This document shows positions 11,501 through 18,570 of a stretch of DNA of 64,000 nucleotides, in pieces. The notes beneath the pieces are model-generated. The model was not told the origin of the DNA. It did not search any database and was given only the letters and a program-made list of their open reading frames with translations. How positions within the stretch are numbered: the stretch's first letter is position 1; every line of letters begins with the position of its first letter. The stretch comes from an uncultured virus (IMG/VR IMGVR_UViG_3300032722_000013) (taxonomy: Duplodnaviria > Heunggongvirae > Uroviricota > Caudoviricetes), in IMG/VR virus record IMGVR_UViG_3300032722_000013; one strand, 5' to 3'. The translations under genes and the position numbers were made by a program.

Positions 11501-11682
11501 GCCTGATCCAGGCTCAGCAAGGCATCGAGGCATTCCAGGTCATCATGAATGAGACAAACAACACTGACATTGACGCGCAGCTCAACAGGCTGAACGGCAG
11601 GATCGTGGTTGTACCGACGAGGGTGATCGAGTTTATCGCAATTGATTTTTGCATCACGAATTCGGGTGTCGTTTTTACCTGA
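8581..11682 (+). CDS. Contractile tail sheath protein 1
   Basis: SPNFFDREID..., IIGTSNRGPAFIP, YPWFAPAGFNR, INPIATF, GQKTLQ...LDRVNVRRLL, PTRVIEFIAIDF. Confidence 0.95.
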   Translation: MPVQTFRSPNFFDREIDQSAIAPLGPSGVPAGIIGTSNRGPAFIPVTVGDFNQFIATFGDLDPNRYGPYAANTFLANRSALTFLRVLGAGANASGTDIGRTAATGRVLNAGFHLDGEPAAGDGAGRYNNVVQFLVAQHVIQTAEAYGQADFTDNDSFLPGSSVVNLVRGVIIPASGSRIMIASMDHNLVGANITALNDMGQADANGNFKLIISTSLGSAFYSDDGNPGCHIVTASLDPSATNYFAKVLNTDPKNFVTMQHLVYSDFAVDDEIATVGTNGAESVGQVVGILQGSTHISAVAGANDTFTSSPYHDVTSFRSTFGAFDTRYQTPTTPNFISQPFGKTEFDLFRVEALDDGAYANNLYKISIANLQASTNAANKYGTFSVQVRSWDDTDINPNIIEQFNNCSLDPAADTYVAKVIGDRKLFYNFDAEDPSERRIIAGGKYQSNSSYIRVVMNDAVDRGQVPPACLPFGFRGVSVLKTNDALSDTTPGIARMFGLLSGSANILSQSIVPPVPFRSKVTKGTRPQSGWFGQPGSTEVTINTMYWGTKFERNDIPLNPNIETLPNNFLNSLTQFQGLSLLDTVVTGSGADTFNDNKFTLSKCAFPNGAISDLTSSVETTMLGTAYIRNGVVDSSQYTINDPVFGSPRITFATLLGKGTPAQFNRFANFTKFTTFMQGGFDGTNFLDIDAERMNDKATCFESSKYGSGGAFASYVPAGFGAAQSGYGQQNSTVSSYITAINIMTDPLQINHNILAIPGIREPFITDYAGNAVKAYGLAYNVMDLERFDESGLRMFDDSVNAAGSLARPDVNQTAAGLDTRGIDNNYMGVYFPDIFINDTTNNRRVKVPASIAALGALGFNDRVGYPWFAPAGFNRASLDFVTNVEVRLTASDRDTLYDARINPIATFPRQGFAIFGQKTLQIKSSALDRVNVRRLLLEVKRIIIGIAMQLEFEQNTPALWNTFVSQASLQLGLIQAQQGIEAFQVIMNETNNTDIDAQLNRLNGRIVVVPTRVIEFIAIDFCITNSGVVFT

Positions 11683-11710
11683 CGTCCGCTGAAGCCTGAC
11701 AGCTTCGGGT

Positions 11711-11750
11711 GGCCTGTGCTAGAGTGCACAGGCCATTCTTCTTTAATCTT
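11711..11750 (+). terminator. Rho-independent terminator after sheath 1
   Basis: GGCCTGTGC-TAGAGT-GCACAGGCC stem followed by ATTCTTCTTT. Confidence 0.75.
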
Positions 11751-11824
11751 CTTTGCGCGCGTGTATTACCCAACCCACTCGTGAGAGCCGCAATATTTCT
11801 CACCATAGAATGCTACAATTGTCG

Positions 11825-11831
11825 ATACTTA
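11825..11831 (+). promoter_or_regulatory. Late-promoter motif (A/C)TA(C/G/T)TTA, representative copy
   Basis: + strand copies at 1884, 2548, 3668, 5852, 8538, 11825, 15821, 32455, 35504, 39938, 43408, 50935, 57499, 59764; minus-strand copies before ORFs starting at 3615, 18541, 36534, 62362. Confidence 0.8.
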
Positions 11832-11847
11832 GAGCACAGAGGCATAC

Positions 11848-14800
11848 ATGGCACAGCTCAAATTCGGATCAGCAGGCGTCACTGCAACAGAGATCGACCT
11901 CTCAGGTCCGGTAACGACCCAACCAAGCGGCGTCCCTGCAGGTATCATCGGTACTGCATTGAAGGGTCCGGCATTCGTGCCAGTCACTGTCGGCATTGTC
12001 AGTGATTTTTATGCAAAGTTTGGTGTAACGGACGGCATCAAGTACGGCCCGCTCGCTGCGTCAGAATGGTTGCGCAATGCGCAGGCACTCACGTACCTCA
12101 GGGTTCTGGGTTGTGGCGATGGAAATCAGCGCAGCACCACGACAGGCGATGTCAATGAAGGCGGTTTCACAGTAGGTGAGAATCAGCCCAACCTTGACGC
12201 AGACGGTCAACTCGAGGCAAATCCGTTCGCTAACCTGGGCGGGGCCCCGGGTCGTACGTACTTCCTCGGTGCATTCATGTCGGAGTCATTGGGCTCTACG
12301 GTGTTCAGCTCGGCAGGGACGCAGGAAGGTCCTGCATCTGTGCCGATCGTCCGCGCCGTGATCATGGCAGCATCAGGCGTCATCCCGACACTGTCTGCAG
12401 GCATCACAGGTTCGAACAACACAGCCCCGGGTTCAACGCTGGTTGCAGTCCCGGGCACCGCACACGGCAGCAGCGTTGGCGATGTTGTGCTAATGCAGAA
12501 CAGCGTTGCAAAGCAGGACTTCGTCATGCTGTTGAACGGACTGCAGGGAACCGATCCTCTCTACCCAAACGTATTCACGGCATCGTTTGACATCACTTCG
12601 CCGAACTACTTCCCGAACGTCCTGAACACTGACCCAACAAAGCTCCAGGAGTCAGGTCACTACGTGTATGCGTACTGGGAGGTTCACCCGACGACAGCCA
12701 CTGTGACCGGGTCAGGTGTCATCGACACTCCACTCAACGCTGCAGTCAACGGCGGCCGTGAGCCGGTTGCGTTCTTGCTGACGGGTTCGGCAGCACGCGA
12801 CACGGGCACCGGTGCAGTCCCGGACTATGAGGACTTCCGCGATCGCTTCACGCATGCTGTCTCACCTTGGGTCATCAGCCAACACTTCGGTGGCAAACCT
12901 CACAACATCTTCAGGGTCCATGCACTTGACGACGGTGCAGGCGTCTCGACGATGTACAAGCTCTCGATCGAGAACATTGCCCTTTCGACCGACACGGCGA
13001 ACCAGTACCCCACCTTCGACCTCGTGGTCAGGCAGTGGGGCGACAACGACAGCGCACCTCAGTACCTCGAGCAGTGGAGGGGTCTGACGCTCAACCCATC
13101 TGACAACCAGTACATTGCCAGGATCATCGGCGACCAGAGCGCGTACTTTGACTTCGACCGTGGCCCCACCGCACAGAAGATCGTCGTCGACGGCAACTAC
13201 CCGAATGCATCGAACTACATCCGTGTCGAGGTTGATCAGTCAGTCGATGCCGGCGAGCTTGATCCGACGGCGATGCCGGTCGGCATGCGAGGAATTGCAC
13301 ACATTGTCACCGCTGGCACGGGTTCTCTCGCGGCACCGACGCCTTCGTCAGTGTTCGTAGAGAGCGGCGTACAGCTCTTTGCTGGGACGGTCGTTCCTCC
13401 TCTTCCGATGCGCATGAATCTGCAACAAGGCTCAGGCGTCAAGCTCCAGGCGAATCCCTACCTCTACTGGGGACCGCAATTCGAGCACGTCACATCGCTC
13501 ACGACGCCCAACCTCTCGACGCAGCACAACTACTCGCTGGATGCGTTTGCAACGTACTTCCCGAGCCACCGCGTTGACATTCAGGACTTCCTCGCAACAG
13601 GCGATCCCGGGAATGGAAATCCCGGTTGCGCAATGCTGAGTGGATCGGTTCTCGATGTTGACCTCTTCAACCTCGACCAGTTCTCACTGATGAACATTCA
13701 GGTTGTGACGTCATCTGCAGGCACTGCCGATCCGAACCAGTGGGTCAATGCAGCCTACGTCAGGAACGGCGCGATCGCAACGAACGACACGACAAAGGTC
13801 CGCGCACTGCAGCCGGCAGACTTCATCCAGTCGAACCGCCGCTTCCTGAAGTGGACGTTCATGATGCAAGGTGGTTCGGACGGTGTCAACATCTTCGACT
13901 TTGACGAGTCACAGTTGAACGGTGCGGCTGTCGAGGCTGACATGGAAGCCACCAACCGCAACTTCAACAACGGCGCTACGGTTTCAGCGTACAACACTGC
14001 GCTCGAGATCATGGGTGAGGTCACCAACACTGACCTACAGCTCCTCGTGATCCCTGGCATCCGTCACCCCGCAGTCACAGACGCTGCGATCAACGCTGTG
14101 ACGAATCGCTTCGACGCCCTGTTCATCATGGACATTGAGCAGAAGGATCAGGATGGAAACTCTGTCACGACCGACAGTCAACTTCCCTCAGTCACACAGA
14201 CAGCGAACGCTTTTGTTGAGCGAGCAATCGACAGCAGCTTCGCAGCAGCGTACTTCCCTGACGTCGTGATGCCTGACCCGAACACAGGAACGAACGTCGT
14301 CGCCCCTCCATCAGTCGTCGTCCTCGGCGCATTGGCCTTGAACGACTCGATCGGTTACCCGTGGTTTGCACCTGCAGGCTTCACACGCGGCGCACTGCAG
14401 ACAACGCTCGAGGCAAGGGTCAAGCTCTCGAAGCCGAACATGGACGTCCTGTATGACGCCAACATCAACCCGATCGTTGCCTTCCCAGGCAACGCAACGG
14501 GCGGAACGAACCCAAAGGGTGGTGTCGTCGTCTGGGGACAGAAGACGCTGCAACAGGCAGCGACAGCGCTCGACCGCGTCAACGTTCGCAGGCTTCTGAT
14601 CGAGATTCGTCGTCAGGTGCGTGACATTGCGATGACGATCCTCTTCGAGCCGAACAGGGACGTAACGCTCGCCAAGTTCTCTGCTGCGGTAACCCCACGC
14701 CTCCAGAGAATCCAGGCGCTCGCCGGCCTGCAGCGCTTCAAGGTCATCATTGATTCATCGACGACCACGCAGCAGGACATCGAGAACAACACGGTGCGTG

Positions 14801-14886
14801 GAAAGATCTACGTGATGCCGACCAAGACAGTCGAGTTCGTCTCGCTTGACTTCGTCGTCACCAACAATCTCAACCAACAGTCCTGA
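11848..14886 (+). CDS. Contractile tail sheath protein 2
   Basis: Same sheath signatures (SAGVTATEID, GPAFVP, PWFAPAGFTRG, WGQKTLQ, DRVNVRRLL); own ATACTTA at 11825. Confidence 0.95.
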   Translation: MAQLKFGSAGVTATEIDLSGPVTTQPSGVPAGIIGTALKGPAFVPVTVGIVSDFYAKFGVTDGIKYGPLAASEWLRNAQALTYLRVLGCGDGNQRSTTTGDVNEGGFTVGENQPNLDADGQLEANPFANLGGAPGRTYFLGAFMSESLGSTVFSSAGTQEGPASVPIVRAVIMAASGVIPTLSAGITGSNNTAPGSTLVAVPGTAHGSSVGDVVLMQNSVAKQDFVMLLNGLQGTDPLYPNVFTASFDITSPNYFPNVLNTDPTKLQESGHYVYAYWEVHPTTATVTGSGVIDTPLNAAVNGGREPVAFLLTGSAARDTGTGAVPDYEDFRDRFTHAVSPWVISQHFGGKPHNIFRVHALDDGAGVSTMYKLSIENIALSTDTANQYPTFDLVVRQWGDNDSAPQYLEQWRGLTLNPSDNQYIARIIGDQSAYFDFDRGPTAQKIVVDGNYPNASNYIRVEVDQSVDAGELDPTAMPVGMRGIAHIVTAGTGSLAAPTPSSVFVESGVQLFAGTVVPPLPMRMNLQQGSGVKLQANPYLYWGPQFEHVTSLTTPNLSTQHNYSLDAFATYFPSHRVDIQDFLATGDPGNGNPGCAMLSGSVLDVDLFNLDQFSLMNIQVVTSSAGTADPNQWVNAAYVRNGAIATNDTTKVRALQPADFIQSNRRFLKWTFMMQGGSDGVNIFDFDESQLNGAAVEADMEATNRNFNNGATVSAYNTALEIMGEVTNTDLQLLVIPGIRHPAVTDAAINAVTNRFDALFIMDIEQKDQDGNSVTTDSQLPSVTQTANAFVERAIDSSFAAAYFPDVVMPDPNTGTNVVAPPSVVVLGALALNDSIGYPWFAPAGFTRGALQTTLEARVKLSKPNMDVLYDANINPIVAFPGNATGGTNPKGGVVVWGQKTLQQAATALDRVNVRRLLIEIRRQVRDIAMTILFEPNRDVTLAKFSAAVTPRLQRIQALAGLQRFKVIIDSSTTTQQDIENNTVRGKIYVMPTKTVEFVSLDFVVTNNLNQQS

Positions 14887-14902
14887 TTGAACAGAGGATA
14901 AG

Positions 14903-15208
14903 ATGAAGCTCACGCAACGTCAGCTACGTCAACTCATCCGCGAGGCAACTCGCGAGCAGGTGCAGGCAAAGTACGCCAAGCAACTGCGTGATCAGTTGTC
15001 AGCAGCCAGAGAAACCGTCACGAACCTGGTTGCTTCAGCAAACGATCAGGAGTCTGCACAGGCTCAAGGTACGCAGATCGCAAAGGAGATTGGAAGGCTG
15101 ATCAAGGTGCTTGACAGCGGACTCTTCTCCGCAACGATGGGAAACTCCGACGCTAAACCTTCGCAGCCTCCTCCTCGTCCTGAGAAGAAGAAATGGTGGC
15201 AGCGATGA
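14903..15208 (+). CDS. Small protein with capsid-targeting-like leader
   Basis: MKLTQRQLRQLIRE; SD GAGG upstream. Confidence 0.7.
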   Translation: MKLTQRQLRQLIREATREQVQAKYAKQLRDQLSAARETVTNLVASANDQESAQAQGTQIAKEIGRLIKVLDSGLFSATMGNSDAKPSQPPPRPEKKKWWQR

Positions 15209-15498
15209 GAGTCAGGCTCGGCGACCTGCGGAAGTTGATCCGCGAGGAGGTCGAGTACACGCATGCTATGAACGAACTGTTCGGTAGCAAGCCTGATTTC
15301 TCGAAGATGATCACGCAGTTCCTTGAAGAGCTCTGGAAACTCAACGAGAAACTTAACGATGTGCACAAAGCCGCGCCGGGAGGTCCTGCGAAGGCAGTCG
15401 TTGCAGGCATGCACAGCGATCTGTTCAACAAGATCGGTGAATTCAGGGAGCACATCAGTCAATTGAAGTCGCTTGCACAGAAGAAAAAGGAAGCCTGA
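15205..15498 (+). CDS. Small protein with capsid-targeting-like leader
   Basis: MRVRLGDLRKLIREE; ATGA overlap with the previous gene. Confidence 0.7.
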   Translation: MRVRLGDLRKLIREEVEYTHAMNELFGSKPDFSKMITQFLEELWKLNEKLNDVHKAAPGGPAKAVVAGMHSDLFNKIGEFREHISQLKSLAQKKKEA

Positions 15499-15803
15499 TG
15501 TATCAGGTCGAGCTTGATCCTGATCTCGCTGACAAGAAGCTCCTGAACCAGGAACAGCTAGCGTACATGGTCGATCCCTACCGGAAGATCATCTTCCTCA
15601 GCAGGTCCGGACACGGAAGGATGTTGAGGAAGGCGGCTGACGAAGGATTCGACGGCGGGGGCGGATGGGTGTTCCTACGCAAGCGACAGGTGACAACGTA
15701 CAGCGGGACGCTCGGTGCAGTTGCGCCTTCAGAGGTGTCGGCTGTTGTGCAGGCACTGGGCAGAACGTTGCGTCTGCCTTTGGACGTGGACGAAGAAGGC
15801 TGA
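15498..15803 (+). CDS. Hypothetical protein
   Basis: Translationally coupled ORF (TGATG). Confidence 0.55.
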   Translation: MYQVELDPDLADKKLLNQEQLAYMVDPYRKIIFLSRSGHGRMLRKAADEGFDGGGGWVFLRKRQVTTYSGTLGAVAPSEVSAVVQALGRTLRLPLDVDEEG

Positions 15804-15854
15804 CAAATCGAACTCGTCTAATACTTACGACTATCCGGTGACAGGAGAAACATC

Positions 15855-16343
15855 ATGGCTGAGACACTCGACGTAACAAGCATGCTTCCGAACAAGTTTG
15901 AGCCCAAGCGAAAGAACCGCTGGGTGCTCATGATCGAAGGCATTGATGCATACATAATCAAGACCGCAAAGCGCCCGACGGTGACAACTGAACCCGTCGA
16001 GGTTCCGTTCATCAACAGCCGGCGTTGGCTTGCCGGCGCAACGAAGTATGGCACGATGGAGATCACGCTTCACGATCCGATCGCCCCTTCAGGCGCTCAG
16101 CAAGTAATGGAGTGGGTACGTCTGCATTTTGAGTCGGTGTCAGGCCGTTCAGGCTACGCTGACTTCTACAAGCGTGACATCCAGCTCAAGCTGCTCGACC
16201 CTGTCGGCACTGTCATTGAGCTTTGGGATTGCAAGGGAGCAATGATCAACGAAGCTAGCTTCGGCGAGCTCACGTACGAGGACGGCGGCATGGCCGAGAT
16301 CTCACTGACAATTCAGTGCGATCAGTATGTTCTGCAATTTTGA
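15855..16343 (+). CDS. Tail tube protein (T4 gp19-like)
   Basis: FEPKRKNRW...RP...W....YKRDIQLKLLDPVG..IELW...G; ATACTTA at 15821 and strong AGGAG SD. Confidence 0.9.
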   Translation: MAETLDVTSMLPNKFEPKRKNRWVLMIEGIDAYIIKTAKRPTVTTEPVEVPFINSRRWLAGATKYGTMEITLHDPIAPSGAQQVMEWVRLHFESVSGRSGYADFYKRDIQLKLLDPVGTVIELWDCKGAMINEASFGELTYEDGGMAEISLTIQCDQYVLQF

Positions 16344-16354
16344 CAGAGTACGTG

Positions 16355-16458
16355 GTGGCACAGCCACATTCAGGCGCCGCCACATCGCGCCCTGTCACCG
16401 GCTCGGTGGCGGCGTTCCTGTTCACCCCCGGCTCGTTTGATACGATGTCTGGGGGTGA
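16355..16458 (+). other. Three consecutive GC-rich hairpins downstream of the tube gene
   Basis: GTGGC/GCCAC; CAGG-CGCCGCCAC/GTGGCGGCG-TT-CCTG; TCACCCCCGG/TCTGGGGGTGA. Confidence 0.65.
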
Positions 16459-16525
16459 CCCGTTTTATGAGGGAGTCCCGAGCGTACGCATAATGCGCTA
16501 GCTGACATAGAAGGAGGCTCAGGAC

Positions 16526-16804
16526 ATGGCACAGCGGTTCACCCACAATCACAGGCCCCCGAAGGAGGCCCTAGAAAAAATCATCTCCCTCTTCCATAGG
16601 CTATCCATGGCCCTTTATTTGGGCACCATAGCCTTGGAGGTGCACTGGAGCCTTGAACGCACACAGCAGATGGTCGATTTGCTGGTTGATGAACACGTGC
16701 TTCGTCAGCTGACTGAGGATGAGAAACGACAGATGATGTTCCCGTCGGGCGCAAACATGTACGTGCTGATCGAAAGGGCTTCACCATCGAAAGCAAGGAT
16801 GTGA
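16526..16804 (+). CDS. Hypothetical protein, possible winged helix
   Basis: AGGAGG SD; LGTIALEVHWSLERTQQMVDLLVDEHVL is HTH-like. Confidence 0.55.
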   Translation: MAQRFTHNHRPPKEALEKIISLFHRLSMALYLGTIALEVHWSLERTQQMVDLLVDEHVLRQLTEDEKRQMMFPSGANMYVLIERASPSKARM

Positions 16805-17025
16805 TACGGCGCATGAACTTCGAGGACCTGTTGCAGGTTCAGGATGAGCTGGACGTGCAACTTGTCATGGGTGACATCAGCATGTCTGACTATGATCGTG
16901 AATGGTCGGAGATCTTGGCTGTCACGGGTTGGACAGAAAAAGAGTACGAAGAGCAGATCGATCGTAGGTGGGACTATATCGACAACTTTCATGCTATTTT
17001 GCAGAAAGTGCGTGTCAAGAACTAA
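16801..17025 (+). CDS. Hypothetical acidic protein
   Basis: GTGA overlap with the previous gene. Confidence 0.5.
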   Translation: MIRRMNFEDLLQVQDELDVQLVMGDISMSDYDREWSEILAVTGWTEKEYEEQIDRRWDYIDNFHAILQKVRVKN

Positions 17026-17095
17026 AGTGGTGGCGTAGAAGTGTGGCGTTGACATTTACGGTCTGTGTGGTGGAGTACAATCACACGTAAGGATA

Positions 17096-17986
17096 ATGAC
17101 AATGTCAGAAGAACGAGAGCAGCGCAATCAGGTGTTTGCAGCGACAGCGCCCCCTGGGCAGCATCACGACGTCGACCCCCGCATTCCCACTACAACCCAA
17201 CAAGCGGTGGTAAGATCGGACTTTGGCCTTGAGGTGCCAATTGAAACGATCCCTCTTCCCTCTGCGGGAAAAGCTTACCCAGTTGGACATGTCCTTCATG
17301 GAAAGGAAATGATCGAGATCAAGGCGATGACAGCGCGTGAAGAGGACATTCTCACTAGCGCAGCGTACCTGAAGAAGGGTACTGTCATCACTGAGTTGAT
17401 CAGGTCGTGTATCGTGGACAAGAGGGTCGATCCAAATGAGTTGCTGACAGGCGACCGTCACGCACTCATGGTCGCGATCCGGATCACGGGCTATGGTCCT
17501 GAGTATGACGTTGAGGTCGAGTGTAACGAGTGCAATGCCAAGACGCAGAGGCAGTTCAACCTTGGCGAATTGCCACTCAAGCGTCTCGAGATCGACCCGG
17601 TCACACCGGGCACAAACCTGTTTGAGTTCAGGCTGCCACACACGAAAAAGAACGTGAAGTTCAGGTTCCTAACTGGTCGCGACGAGGAGGAGATTCAGGC
17701 AACTGCAGCTCGCCAGAAGAAGCTCAACCTTCAAGGCGAAGCAATCGTGACGACGAACCTCCTGTACAGCATCGTGTCCATCGAGGGTGTTGAGGATCGT
17801 CAGAAGATTGCTGGTTTCATTCGAATGATGCCGGCACGTGATTCACTCGCTCTTCGAAATTATATTCGAGACAGTGAGCCCGGAATCAGCATGAGGCAGG
17901 AAGTCACGTGTGGTGCATGTGGCCACAGTGAGGAGGTCTCGATGCCAATCGGGGTCACGTTTCTTTGGCCTTCGGCCGGGCGATAA
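17096..17986 (+). CDS. Baseplate hub/tail assembly chaperone (T4 gp26-like)
   Basis: LPSxG..Y, MTAREEDILT, LLTGDR..LM..IR..GYG.EY, CNEC, LPxTK..V.F..LT..DE, CGACG, FLWP. Confidence 0.8.
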   Translation: MTMSEEREQRNQVFAATAPPGQHHDVDPRIPTTTQQAVVRSDFGLEVPIETIPLPSAGKAYPVGHVLHGKEMIEIKAMTAREEDILTSAAYLKKGTVITELIRSCIVDKRVDPNELLTGDRHALMVAIRITGYGPEYDVEVECNECNAKTQRQFNLGELPLKRLEIDPVTPGTNLFEFRLPHTKKNVKFRFLTGRDEEEIQATAARQKKLNLQGEAIVTTNLLYSIVSIEGVEDRQKIAGFIRMMPARDSLALRNYIRDSEPGISMRQEVTCGACGHSEEVSMPIGVTFLWPSAGR

Positions 17987-18251
17987 GGAACAGCTCATCC
18001 TCGAACCTGCCTTCCTGTTGATGTACTACGGCGGGTTCACGTACAGTGAAACGTATTCATTGCCTGTACCGTACAAGAGATGGTTCATTGATCGCATCGT
18101 CAAGGAACTGAACAAAGGCAAAGGCGGAGACGACGGGGGCGGAGGTGGCGGCAGCGCAAACAGAGCACTGCACAATAACTCGCCTGAGGTACGCCAATTG
18201 ATGGGCCTGGACCGTACGCAGTCCCCCTCGCGGCTACGACGATTTACGTGA
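17961..18251 (+). CDS. gp51-like partner of the chaperone, likely a +1 frameshift extension
   Basis: Overlapping +1 frame FFGLRP...FLLMYYGGFTYSETYSLPVPYKRWFI; no good start upstream of the conserved-looking part. Confidence 0.65.
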   Translation, partial: FFGLRPGDKEQLILEPAFLLMYYGGFTYSETYSLPVPYKRWFIDRIVKELNKGKGGDDGGGGGGSANRALHNNSPEVRQLMGLDRTQSPSRLRRFT

Positions 18252-18253
18252 TG

Positions 18254-18541
18254 TCAGAGCGGCCAGGGAACATTCAGCACACGCTCGAATTCCCTGACCG
18301 CTTGTCGTTTGTCATCAAGACGGTTCATGACCTCTGCGACGGTCACGTTCGGACGCATCAGCGCTTCCTGAAACTTCCTGCATGCTTTCACAGCAGCGGT
18401 CACCGCCTCAAGTTCAGGTTGTGTACCTCGGAGCTTGACATTCGTTGGTTTTCCGACGAGGAGGCTAGCGACCGTAGCGGTCACGATAGTTTCGAGGATG
18501 TTCGTTGACCGATCACTGAGTCTGGCTTGGGCTGTCGACAT
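18254..18541 (-). CDS. Hypothetical late protein on the opposite strand
   Basis: Minus-strand ATAGTTA 5 nt before the ATG at 18541; helical protein ending WPL. Confidence 0.6.
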   Translation of the reverse strand: MSTAQARLSDRSTNILETIVTATVASLLVGKPTNVKLRGTQPELEAVTAAVKACRKFQEALMRPNVTVAEVMNRLDDKRQAVREFERVLNVPWPL

Positions 18542-18570
18542 GACGATAACTATGCCGTAGGATCTGACAC

